Assembly (NCBI GenBank): GCA_965644295.1
Contig: CBFFRP010000643.1
Span: 1-51,991, forward strand
From: Paraphysomonas bandaiensis
Taxonomy: Eukaryota > Protista > Chrysophyceae
Direction of reading: 5' to 3'
Length of the DNA: 51,991 nt
Part shown: positions 34,682 to 47,403 of the stretch, in pieces
How positions within the stretch are numbered: position 1 is the first letter of the stretch
Layout: every line of letters begins with the position of its first letter
Notes under the pieces: model-generated
Told to the model about the DNA's origin: nothing
Seen by the model: the letters and a program-made list of their open reading frames with translations, nothing else
The model's database searches: none
Translations under genes and position numbers: made by a program

Positions 34682-37600
34682 CTACTTGCGCCTTCTTTTA
34701 TCCCTTGGTCCCTCATTAATCACTTCAGTGGAACTCTTAACTTTCTCTCCAAGATTTCTCTTTCTCTGCTCCATATATGATAAACCAACCAATGACTTTG
34801 TATAAATATCTGCTGCTTGTTGCGATGTATGCACATGCACTAACTTAATCGTATTGAACTGATTGGGATCCACGTGCTCTCTCACCATGTGATACTTAAT
34901 CTCAATGTGCTTCGACTTCTTGTGAAACACTGGATTTTCGGCCAAATCCTGGGCACTCTGACTGTCGATGAAGAATGGTGTGGGTTTGATGAGCCTCAAC
35001 TTAATCTCACCCGTCACCCCCCGAACCCATAGCACTTCTTGGAGACCCGAGTAAATACACTGATACTCAGACTGCATGCTTGACGTTGCCACTGTCGTCT
35101 GCAGTTTGGACTGCCAGACTATAGGCCCTCCCGCTGCAAACCCAACGTACCCCGACGTGGACTTCCTGGAGAGCTGATCTCCCGCCCAATCCGCGTCAGT
35201 AAACATATGGAAGTCGAACCGTCTACTCCCATATTGAATCCCTTTGTCAATAGAACCACGAATATATTGCCATACATGTGTTAATAGCTTGCATACTTCA
35301 ATATTCACCTTATTACTGAACCGAGACAGTACTCCCACTGCATAGGCAATATCCGGCCTCGTGTTCATCGATAGATATAGTAATGCACCTATCAGCGGCC
35401 GATATGGGAAGTTATCTACTATAAGCTGTTCCTCCTCGGTATGCTCATGCCGCGCCCCTTTTGCCACTAAATCCATTGCTTCCGCCGGTAGAGGACTCTT
35501 CCGTACCTTTCGCGGTGACCCAAGATACTTTTCAAACTTTTCTAAGATCTTAGCCGCATATACTGATTGGTCAAGACGAATATACTCTGGCGTTCTTGTG
35601 ACTCGAACATTCAGAAAATGTTCCATCTCGCCCATATCCTTCATATCAAACCGGGCACACAGTTGAGCTTTAATATCCTTCACTATGTTGACATCACGAC
35701 CTAACACTAGGATATCATCCACATATATCGTTAATAATATCAATTCATCGCCCTTATACTGATAATACAAACACGGGTCTAATACACATGGTTTAAAATG
35801 CATAGATCGTATGAATTTATCCAATGTTTTCCACCACGACCGCGGGGAACTCCGAAGCCCGTATAACGACTTCTTCAGCTTAAAGCAGTACCCCTCAGGC
35901 AGCTGAAAGTCCGGAGTTGCCTTCATATATACGTCCCCCTCTATATCTGCATATAGAAATGCGTTAGACACATCCAGTTGATGAATTACCATGTTCATCA
36001 CGAAAGCTATGGCGATTAACAGTCGCACTGTTACCCCCTTAACAACGGGTGCGAAATGGTTCGCCCAACCACTCGACTGCTGTCCACAACCGATTGCTAC
36101 AAGACGAGCCTTATATCGGCGGACCTCTCCCTCCTTATCGTACTTCTTTCCATAGACGTACTTGGAGTGCAGTGGGACGACTCCGTCCGGTATACGAGTC
36201 ACCTCCATGGTATCTCGCTTCGCCAAACCCTCTCGCTCTACACGGCGAGCTCGTCTCCACTCCCTGTGCTCGGCACTCTCCAAGGACTCACGATGTGTCT
36301 GAGGCACTGTCGACTCTTCCGCTGACATCCACACTGAGTCTGCCTCCTGTAAAAGGTCACTCACATCACTCTCATCACTCAAATGATGGATTTGTCCTAA
36401 CACCGACACATTCGTTACCGTCCTTGGAGTTCTTGCGCGTTTGCCGTGCGGATGATTCTCGGCAGGGGTCCCTTCCCCCGAAGGTAATGCTGAGTCAGCC
36501 TGGGGCTGCACCTGCCCACTTTCCGACTGCTGTGGCACCACTCCGCTGATACCGCCGTCACGGTTGTCAGTAACTCTGGCCCTAACCACCCTCTGCGCAA
36601 GATCCTCTGTCATCTTCTTGATGTCAGCAATATGAATAGGAGTTTTATCCTCCACTTGAACCTGGTTACCAGTAACCAACGACCGGTATCCCACAATAAG
36701 TCCCTTCCTTATCACCACTCTGTTAGTCTTGTATAGCAGACCACCATCCTCATGGTGCTTTCCGATAAGATACTCAAACTCACCCGGTTGACGAGCCTCG
36801 GGATCTATAGCCACTTGAGCCTCCTCCAGCTCTCTATAATAATCCTGAGACCTCTCAGGTACCGATTCATCAAATAATACATGTACAGAGTGTACTACGG
36901 TGTCCCCCACTAGCACCTTGTATCCTTTTCGATCAGCTGGATACCCTATGAAATAACCTGTCATTGCTTTGTCCTCCCAGTCCTTCCTCCTGTCGGCCTT
37001 GGGTGTTAGCACATATGCTTTGCACCCCCATTTCCGTAGCCACGATAGGCTGGGAACGCTCCCCCTGGGACACACTCATATGGAGACATCCATCCTTGCC
37101 ACGTCCGAGTTGGCATTCGTCGCACAATGTAACATGCAGTTTGATAAGCATCAAACCAGAACGACTTTGGAAGTCCAGATGCCGTCAACATCGTCAGTGT
37201 CATCTCCCCAATTGTTCGGAATTTCCTCTCAGACACCGCGTTGAGCTCTGGCGTGTCTCGTGTTGTATGTGACACCCGAGTCCCATATCGCTGCAACAGA
37301 TACTCTCTTATCTGCTGACTAATAAGTTCGGATCCTCCATCGGCATGATACTCCACTATACGGTTCCACCCCTCGTACTTCACTAAGTGGACCTCGCACA
37401 AGTGTCGTAGACATTTGAACACCTCCTCTCCGCTTCGAGTCCTCAATCCATATTCCCATATCATCTTTGTTGCTAAGTCCGTAAATAGGAGCACGTACTT
37501 ATACCCTTGTCTGGATTCACAATTGAGATAGACGGAGATGTCCGCTGTTACTCTTTCCAGGAACCTGACTGCGCTTAGCTCTTCGTTGTCCCGTGATTTG

Positions 37601-39279
37601 AACGAATGCCTGGTTATCTTCGCCTTGGCACACCATTTACACAGGGGTTTCTTGCAACTCTTCTCCTTTGCCTTCGAAAGGTGATGTCGTTGTAGTCCTG
37701 ATCCTCTGAATAACATGTGTCGGTGAGCTTCTATTAACTTCGATTTCGAGACATGTCCAGTACGCTCATGTAAGCGATCCAACGCATCTTGTCCTGTATT
37801 ATCCGACAAATTTACCTCCTCCATCTGATTGCACATAGACACATTTGGCAGATTTAACACCTCCATCAAGTCCACATACGGCATTCCTCCATGCTCATCG
37901 TACTCTCCAGTCAACACCTCGTTTCCAGAGTCCAATTCCACGATTTTAGGCTTTCGAAGCAGTTGTAATCCGTATCCCATTGATCTCAGCATTCCTCCTG
38001 ACACAATGTTCTTCACCGCTTCTTCACTAACTCTGATGTCTCTCCATTCCCCGAATGTACCAGTTCCCTGTGTCTCCAATTGAGAACCCTTTCTAGTTAG
38101 TTGGATTGCCCCAAACTCAGGAGTAAATGACTCCAGTGCAATTTTATCCTTTACTATAAACAGTCTTTTACTTGCACAACTGTCCAGATATACACGAGGT
38201 TCTTCCGACGTATCCACCGATAGCAAAACCTCTTCTCCAAACATATTCGCTTCATCATCCGACGACTCTCCGTCGTTGACGTATTTCTTCCATTCTGTCT
38301 CGAATTTCCTGTTCGATTTTCGAGGATTCTCATTATCCGGGTTTTTTATGTTCTTCCGTTTTTTCGACTTGCACTGTCGGGCTTTATGACTAAAATCTCC
38401 ACAGATATGACAACCAGTATAATCCTTTGATCCTGGCTGCTGCACACTCTTCGAAGCCTTTTCCTTTGTCTTCCCTTTTCTTTTGAACTTATCCATTTTT
38501 CTTTGTCGTTCCTTAGCATAACAATTCGCTGCTACATGTCCCTTCTTCCGACAAAATGAACAAACCACTGGCTCCTTCGACGCCGTAAAATTGATCTCTT
38601 CAGATTTGTCTCCCTTTAGTTTCTTCAGCTGCGTCATAGCCTCGTCATACTCTTCACAAGCCTCTTTCACCGAATCAAATGTAGTTGTTGCTTTAGGCAT
38701 CATCGCTACCGACATCCATAAATCATGTAATTCCTCTATCTGCAGCGCTGCTTTTATCTTTGCTAATTTACTTGCCTCTGTCTGCGGTTGTCCCAATTTT
38801 ATGAGCTTCTGGATTATACCGTTCAGTCGATCTACCCCAACAGACACCTTTTCCCCCGGCCTTATTTTGAACGAATGGTATTCTGCCGTAGTCTTCTCCA
38901 ATACAGTCCCAATCTCGCCTCTGAACCTATCAACCAGTGTCTGAAGGAGCTCACTGGATAACACCTCCTTAGCAGGATCATCAGCAGGTAAAATTGCCTT
39001 CCCCTCCAAATATTGATTGGCTACCTCCAACACATCAGGGTCATGCTCGCAAGCCTCCCAAATAGTACTAACACAGGTATCATTACGCTCTCTCCATGAC
39101 TCTAAATTCCTTCCTCCGGCTGGCGGGTCCTCCAAGCCAAGATGGTTTCGGTTTTTCTTCATTAGATGCATCTTGATTTTTCTCGCTGAATAGTCTGCTT
39201 GGTTCTTGTCAAACCGTAGCTTCTTGTCATCTTCCCCATCCCTACAACTAGCATTCGCTACCATAACAGAAGTTGACAT
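34682..39279 (-). CDS. Copia-2 gag-pol polyprotein, split by a single 1-nt frameshift at about 37065
   Basis: ORFs 37006-39279 and 34682-37075. Adding one G to the G5 run gives continuous YECVPGGSVPSLSWLRKWGCK. Confidence 0.93.
39251..39263 (-). promoter_or_regulatory. PBS TGGTAGCGAATGC
   Basis: Abuts the 5' LTR; shared with Copia-1. Confidence 0.9.
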
Positions 39280-39556
39280 TATTTGCTAAGGTTTACTATT
39301 CTCAACTGATAAGATGAAATTATAAACATTACATGATAAAGAACCTAAGTTGTGTTCGATGTGTTCAACACCATTCATTTACTACTATAGTGTACAAACC
39401 ACCCACTCAGTGATCGTATCCTGTATAGTCATCCACTTCTACTTCAGTTTCATACTACATAATATAATGTACTAATTACATATATATCTTTCGATCCTTG
39501 CATCTCACATAATACTGCACTCAATTGCAAGTATATAGAATCTTCAGATCTCAACA
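39264..39556 (-). repeat. 5' LTR of Copia-2 (TGTTGA...TCTGTTA)
   Basis: Identical to 34264-34556. Confidence 0.97.
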
Positions 39557-39891
39557 GCCTGTCGTGTCTTATAGTTACAGCATGTTGAAGTTTTCTATGT
39601 AGCTTTAAGTTCATCTGATTACAAAACGCGTTCCGACAGCCCTTATCAATGAGGTAGGTTTAGCTGGGTCTTAAACCTCCACCTTAGGTTCCTCTTCCAT
39701 CATAATCAAATTGAACATAGTATATTCTAACTACCATATTGCTTTCGTCACGCCATTTAAGTCACTTGGATGCTGCGTTGTTCCTTACCTACATTGGTAA
39801 TGTGAAACACAGTGCTATTATGCGACGGGCTTGCCTCTCAGGTACATATCAACATTCTGCTTGCTCAGTGCGTTTGATTTGGATGATAGAG

Positions 39892-40058
39892 CAAAAGTGG
39901 CTGAACTTTATAGTGCTTGCGGTGACGCACAAGCAACTTTTGTAACGTTGAATAGTAGGATATCAGAGCTAAGCACTAGTAGAAAAAGTTAGTTAAATTG
40001 CAATGCTAAATTAGTTATGACTCTTAAAAGCCTCAATTTACTAATAATAAGACATTCA
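39892..40058 (+). mobile_element. Diverged third copy of the non-LTR 3'-end family
   Basis: GTGCTTGCGGTGACGCACAAGCAACTTTTGTAACGTTGAATAGTAGGATA and the terminus AATAATAAGACATTCA match the reverse complement of the 7175 and 17105 copies. The 5' boundary is unknown. Confidence 0.75.
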
Positions 40059-41597
40059 CTACGCCTTTGAAAAGTTGAGGTTTGAAGTTATATGTTAGTT
40101 CGTGCTGTTGACTGCGATTGTATTCCTCATTGTGTTCGACTGGGTACAGAAAATCCGTCATCACCACTGAAAGTGTGTGTTCGCATTCACACTTTCATTG
40201 TTTCTCGCGGTAAAGCAGTTGATGCCGTAACAGAAGTGTTGTGTTCGAAGGATATGCAGAGCGTTATCAAATCAGTGTGCTTTATTGCTGCCCCCAACAA
40301 AACAGCAAAACGTTTGATTTGATTATTCATTCTAATCGTTCTGTGGTCATATATTTTAAGTGTCCATTTCGTCACTAATTCAACATGAAAAAACAGAACC
40401 AGATTTGTTACATATTCGATTGGCATGACATTTTATGTTTTATCACAACGCTATTACAGGAGCAAACGGCACTGGACAAATGTAAGTGAAGTGTGGTCCC
40501 GACTTGGAGATAATATTTAACTGATGAATGGATATAGATGGATTAGAATGTGTTGGAAAAAATATACCATTGACTTATGCGATAATTCCCGAATATTATG
40601 ATGACGGCCTGTAGCATCCTATCCATAGTATTTCGTGTTGCATTGAATAGCTATTTTCTATTTACTACTCAGTCTCGAAATCTCTTTTTTGTATACAATA
40701 TGCTTTCATAATATATAAGTATGTATAGCCTAGAAATTAGGGCGCTTTACAACTGCACTAGCTAATAATCATGAAATATGTATAGTTCTACGTGCTTGAT
40801 AAAGTAAAAATTCACTATACACGTAAACCCTGAACTTGTTTACTTCCAATGAAGAATATCACTATTAATTTAAACACTTTTCACAACATATGTCACATTT
40901 CGTGCGCATCTGTACTCATTATCATCAGTTCAGCAAATTTTCACCAGTCAATCCTATTACACATTAGTAATTAAATTTACTTCCTTTGTCATAATGATAT
41001 TCCCCCTTTCCAATTATGTGTTGATTCTAACATATTTCACACTATTAACTCACTTCAATTACACAGTATATATCAATATATCATACCATACTGTAGAACT
41101 GAACTAAACCCATTATTCACATCATTCTTCAGCATAGAATTTATCTTATATTTTTTCTCATTAATATTCACTAGATTTTATTATTCGACTTATCTGACAT
41201 CTAGTGGCTGCCTTCTGCTTACAACTACATGCACTATAGTGTGTGAGTTAGCTTGTATTCCTTAGGACAATCCCACCACAACAGTGCTCATGTAGTCGTG
41301 TGGAATATATACGACTACGATATAAATATACGTAGAGCTCTTAGAAATATATCATACTAGTAGATATAATGCTAACGCTCTTGTTAAATATATAACATTT
41401 TCTTTCTCATAAACTTCGCAATATATAGACTGCTCCTAACAATATATTAGAAGTCGCATTCTATCTGAGAAACCATCTTATCACTCTTAGAAGTATTACG
41501 AATGATTGGATAACACAGAACTAGTCACATCCAATCAGGGAACTGCTTACGAAAAAGCATTCGTCGTAAATCATTCATTTCGCGTATATCAAAACAA

Positions 41598-44500
41598 CTA
41601 CTTGCCTAGACTTCGAGCAATTAGTGAATAGTCGATGTGCTTTTGCAAACACCTTGCCCACCGATCTCTCTCTTCTTCATTTTCCATTTCCAAGGCCAGC
41701 TCACCACCAGTGGATATATCTGACAGATACAACTGGTTCGACTGCAGACGTTTTCCTTTTCTTCCATTGATGGTGTCGAGGACTGTTGTTGGTGTCAATT
41801 GCAAGGTTCCCCTACTTGTGTGCCCATAAGGTGGAGTGTCCTGTGGGCCATCATAGCAGTGTAATTCCATATTGTCCAAAACAAAATATTTCGGCCTGTA
41901 TCTTCGCATCACAGTACCTTCCTCCCTTTTAACCCATCCTAGTACTCTTTCAGGTGATGCGGAACTCTCCGTTGATGACGGTTCGTCGATTTGCGTGCTA
42001 GCCGATGCCAATTTTCCAGATAAATCCCCCGTCGATGACATTGTAGACGGGGTTGTACCTAACAGAAACCGAGGTGAATGGTCTCCTTTAAAATTTCCTT
42101 TTATTTTAGGTAACTTGAAAAGTTGATCTAGTTGAGCTCCGACTGTCTTATTCAAATGATCGATTGCAAGAAAATACGTCTAGAATAAAGTACACAGTTA
42201 CCTCATAGTAAATCCGCATACAAGCATACCTCATTTATAAGACTGTCGTTTGTCGCACATTCCGTGCTAACACACACATCATAGCCCATACATAAATCGC
42301 CACTCTTATCTGGAATATTCCTCGGGCAACCCTCACCAATAATCATCGAATCACCATGCACCTTCAAATGGTGGCACATGTTGATAAATACTTTCGTTCC
42401 ATCCGACTTTTTTGTCTTTATAACTCGGAAAGGAACACCAATAAATGCTTGGGATTCCTCTCCGACTACTGCACTAGTATACTCCTCTACATTACCAACG
42501 CTTACATTTGAATTATTTAAGGATTCAGTGGCTCCTGGAATCGACTGAGTTGTTATCTGTTCCGAAATTTTCTCGTCAGCCTTGGGGGCTGATGCTTCAC
42601 GTATATCATCATGATTCCCACTGGAAACTTCAACTCCTTGATGCATATTGAACCTAGGGGTATGATTACCCTTGAAATTACCTTTGATACTTGGAAGTTT
42701 GAAAACTTCATCCAATTGTAATGATTTGGTGGAGTTCAAGTGTTCAATAACTTGAAAATAAACCTATAGCGGAATTGAGCACAAAACAGCTTAGCATACA
42801 ATCCTACACACATACATCAGTCTTAAGCTTCTCATCAGTTATACATGCGTCGTTTACACAGACGTCATATCCCAAGCACATTTCTCCACTCTTATCCTGA
42901 ATATCATGAGGACAATCTTCTCCAACAACCACTTTACCAAGTGGAACCGAGTTATGATTGCAAACGTTAACAAAAAACTTTTTCCCACTTGCATTCTTCG
43001 TTTTAATTACAGCATGAGGACTGCCGCGACAGAAAGTATTCTCTTCAGCTCTCAATCTCTCCGCCTCTGCCTCAGCTGACAAGCGTGCTGCCTCCTCAGC
43101 CTCCGCCTGTAATCTAGCTTCCTCCTCAGCTCTCAACCTATCGGCCTCTGTCTCAGCAGCAAAGCGTGCTGCTTCCTCAGCCTCCGCCTGTAATCTAGCT
43201 TCCTCCTCTGCTTCGGCTCTCAACCTCTCCGCCTCTGCCTCAGCTGCCAAGCGTGCTGCCTCCTCAGCCTCCGCTTGCAGTCTAGCTTCCTCCTCAGCTC
43301 TCAACCTATCGGCCTCTGCCTCAGCTTGTAATCTAGCTTCCTCCTCTGCTTCGGCTCTCAATCTCTCCGCCTCTGCTTCAGCTGCCAAGCGTGCTGCCTC
43401 CTCAGCCTCCGCTTGCAGTCTAGCTTCCTCCTCAGCTCTCAACCTCTCCGCCTCTGCTTCAGCTTGTAATCTAGCTTCCTCCTCAGCTCTCAATCTCTCC
43501 GCCTCTGCCTCAGCTGCCAAGCGTGCTGCCTCCTCAGCCTCCGCTTGCAGTCTAGCTTCCTCCTCGGCCTCAGCTCTCAACCTCTCCGCCTCTGCCTCTG
43601 CAGCCAAGCGTGCTGCCTCCTCAGCCTCAGCTTGTAATCTAGCTTCCTCCTCGGCCTCAGCTCTCAACTTCTCGGCCTCTGCCTCAGCTGCCAAGCGTGC
43701 TGCCTCCTCAGCCTCCGCTTGCAGTCTAGCTTCCTCCTCAGCTCTCAACCTCTCGGCCTCTGCCTCAGCTTGTAATCTAGCTTCCTCCTCTGCTTCGGCT
43801 CTCAACCTCTCCGCCTCTGCCTCAGCTGCCAAGCGTGCTGCCTCCTCAGCCTCCGCTTGCAGTCTAGCTTCCTCCTCAGCTCTCAACCTCTCCGCCTCTG
43901 CTTCAGCTTGTAATCTAGCTTCCTCCTCAGCTCTCAATCTCTCCGCCTCTGCCTCAGCTGCCAAGCGTGCTGCCTCCTCAGCCTCCGCTTGCAGTCTAGC
44001 TTCCTCCTCAGCTCTCAATCTCTCCGCCTCTGCCTCAGCTGCCAAGCGTGCTGCCTCTTCTGCTTCAGCTTGTAATCTAGCTTCCTCCTCAGCTCTCAAC
44101 CTCTCGGCCTCTGCCTCTGCAGCCAAGCGTGCTGCCTCCTCAGCCTCAGCTTGTAATCTAGCTTCCTCCTCAGCTCTCAATCTCTCCGCCAAGCGTGCTG
44201 CCTCTTCCGCTTCAGCTTGCAGTCTAGCTTCCTCCTCAGCTCTCAATCTCTCCGCCTCTGCCTCTGCAGCCAAGCGTGCTGTCTCCTCAGCCTCAGCTTG
44301 CAGTCTAGCTTCCTCCTCAGCTCTCAGCCTCTCCGCCTCTGCTTCAGCAGCCAAGCGTGCTGCCTCTTCTGCTTCAGCTTGCAGTCTAGCTTCCTCCTCA
44401 GCTCTCAATCTCTCCGCCTCTGCCTCAGCTGCCAAGCGTGCTGCCTCCTCAGCCTCAGCTTGCAGTCTAGCTTCCTCCTCGGCCTCAGCTCTCAACCTCT

Positions 44501-46731
44501 CCGCCTCTGTCTCAGCTGCCAAGCGTGCTGCCTCCTCAGCCTCAGCTTGCAGTCTAGCTTCCTCCTCTGCTTCGGCTCTCAACCTCTCCGCCTCTGCTTC
44601 AGCTGCCAAGCGTGCTGCCTCTTCCGCTTCAGCTTGCAGTCTAGCTTCCTCCTCAGCTCTCAATCTCTCCGCCTCTGCCTCTGCAGCCAAGCGTGCTGCC
44701 TCCTCAGCCTCCGCTTGCAGTCTAGCTTCCTCCTCAGCTCTCAGCCTCTCCGCCTCTGCTTCAGCAGCCAAGCGTGCTGCCTCTTCTGCTTCAGCTTGTA
44801 ATCTAGCTTCCTCCTCAGCTCTCAATCTCTCCGCCTCTGCCTCTGCAGCCAAGCGTGCTGCCTCCTCAGCCTCCGCTTGCAGTCTAGCTTCCTCCTCAGC
44901 TCTCAACCTCTCCGCCTCTGCCTCAGCTGCCAAGCGTGCTGCCTCCTCAGCCTCCGCTTGCAGTCTAGCTTCCTCCTCAGCTCTCAATCTCTCCGCCTCT
45001 GCCTCAGCTGCCAAGCGTGCTGCCTCCTCAGTCTCAGCTTGTAATCTAGCTTCCTCCTCAGCTCTCAATCTCTCCGCCTCTGCCTCAGCTGCCAAGCGTG
45101 CTGCCTCCTCAGCCTCAGCTTGCAGTCTAGCTTCCTCCTCTGCCTCAGCTCTTAATCTCTCCGCCTCTGCCTCAGCAGCCAAGCGTGCTGCCTCTTCTGC
45201 TTCAGCTTGTAATCTAGCTTCCTCCTCGGCCTCAGCTCTCAACCTCTCCGCCTCTGCCTCAGCTGCCAAGCGTGCTGCCTCTTCCGCTTCAGCTTGCAGT
45301 CTAGCTTCCTCCTCAGCTCTCAATCTCTCCGCCTCTGCCTCAGCTGCGAAGCGTGCTGCCTCCTCAGTCTCAGCTTGTAATCTAGCTTCCTCCTCAGCTC
45401 TCAATCTCTCCGCCTCTGCCTCAGCTGCCAAGCGTGCTGCCTCTTCTGCTTCAGCTTGTAATCTAGCTTCCTCCTCGGCCTCAGCTCTCAACCTCTCCGC
45501 CTCTGCCTCAGCTGCCAAGCGTGCTGCCTCTTCTGCTTCAGCTTGTAATCTAGCTTCCTCCTCGGCCTCAGCTCTCAACCTCTCCGCCTCTGCCTCTGCC
45601 TCAGCTGCCAAGCGTGCTGCCTCTTCCGCTTCAGCTTGCAGTCTAGCTTCCTCCTCAGCTCTCAATCTCTCCGCCTCTGCCTCAGCTGCGAAGCGTGCTG
45701 CCTCCTCAGTCTCAGCTTGTAATCTAGCTTCCTCCTCAGCTCTCAATCTCTCCGCCTCTGTCTCAGCTGCCAAGCGTGCTGCCTCCTCAGCCTCAGCTTG
45801 CAGTCTAGCTTCCTCCTCGGCCTCAGCTCTCAACCTCTCCGCCTCTGCCTCTGCCTCAGCTGCCAAGCGTGCTGCCTCTTCTGCTTCAGCTTGTAATCTA
45901 GCTTCCTCCTCAACTCTCAATCTCTCCGCCTCTGCTTCAGCTGCCAAGCGTGCTGCCTCCTCAGCCTCCGCTTGTAATCTAGCTTCCTCCTCGGCCTCAG
46001 CTCTCAACCTCTCCGCCTCTGCCTCTGCAGCCAAGCGTGCTGCCTCCTCAGCCTCCGCTTGTAATCTAGCTTCCTCCTCAACTCTCAATCTCTCCGCCTC
46101 TGCCTCAGCTGCCAAGCGTGTTGCCTCTTCCGCCTCAGCTTGTAATCTAGTCTCCTCTGCCTCAGCTTCTAATCTAGTCTCACCCTCAGTCTTGTGTTGC
46201 ATAAAAGTTAGTTGATTCCTCTTTGGTAGTGGCTCCGGCAATTTTATTTTTATAGACATCTCATCCTGTAAGTTTGGTTATATTGATACTATTATGTAAT
46301 GTTATCACCTGTCCAAAGTAGCAATGATTGCATGCACGAACATAGCCGTATTCCCTGAACTCTTTGATGCGAACAGTTCCTTGAGAACAACTATCACATA
46401 CAATGTCCCCACATATACGACAATGATGTTTCCAAGTAAAAAAAGAAAAAGGAACAGCACATATCATACAATTATCAACATCACATGCAACTACCCAACC
46501 AATTAAACGATAGTCCACAGCATGATGATAACGAACATATACTCTTCTTAATAAAACTTTACGTCCATTAATTGTTACATCACTTTTTCTTATTATAATA
46601 ACAGGATTTTCACGTGATACAGCACCTAAAAATGGATCTGTATCTTTTTCTAATGTAATACAACTGTCTAATGAAGGGATATTGTCAGTGTTTTGTACGG
46701 TGTTTCTTAATGTATCAATCACCTCATCCAT
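41598..46731 (-). CDS. Giant FYVE / Ala-Glu-Arg helical repeat / 2x PIH1-N-like / PH domain protein (4 exons)
   Basis: [39 protein letters not shown]; about 1000 aa of repeat; twice VIKTK..KVFIN.C..DKSG..C.GYDVCV..LP.IKGNFKG; [29 protein letters not shown]. Confidence 0.88.
43045..46190 (-). repeat. Coding minisatellite, 81/87-bp units ([27 protein letters not shown])
   Basis: Roughly 35-40 units, frame preserved throughout, variation mostly synonymous. Confidence 0.95.
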
Positions 46732-47403
46732 ATTATAAAGAAATGAATATTATATAGATTGAGTATTCATTAGAGGGATGTTTCTTATATGAAAGGTGGG
46801 AGATGTTTGGATTACATGCAATAGAATGGAGTGATTGAGAGATTAATGAGTGATGTGTAGATTATATATATATATATATGGGGGGTGTATGTATGTATGT
46901 ATGCGTGTATGTATGTATGTATGTATGTATGTATGTATCGTATCATATCTGTATAATCGCCAATCAAAAAAAAACGATGTATACTATCCATAACATCCAC
47001 ACACAGTACGAGTATCTATTCTAGATTCTAGATATGCTTGTGGTATACAGCAGTATACTCAAGTGTGTGGTTATTTCGTATGGTGGCATCCTGCGACATG
47101 TATATACTTCGTATACAAGCATGTCGTACCAGTAGTATGCTTGCTCGCTGTGTATATATACGGTATACACAGGAGCAGCATACATAGAGTGCATAGCATA
47201 CCATAGCAGAGCATACTGTACCACAGCATACGCACATACAGCACTCTAACCCAACATACCACAACATACTGTACATACTACAGCATACACAACATACCAC
47301 AGCACACCATACCATACCAATGCATAGCAACATCCATATAGAGTTTCATGCAATACAATCACATCTAACAACATCACATACACATACATATATAAAGATT
47401 ATC

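Larger units (their letters stand above)
34264..39556 (-). mobile_element. Complete Ty1/copia LTR retrotransposon (Copia-2), 5293 bp
   Basis: Identical 293-bp LTRs; TSD GCCTG (34259-34263, 39557-39561); PBS; PPT; gag-PR-IN-RT (YVDD)-RNase H (DADWAGD) order. Confidence 0.98.

Noticed and set aside
40092-40426. Short ORFs downstream of the third retroelement copy
   Set aside because: No recognisable motif or supporting gene structure.
44217-44801. 194-aa Ser/Leu/Cys ORF, and other antisense ORFs over CDC5L, RPN3 and the copias
   Set aside because: Antisense shadows of real coding sequence.
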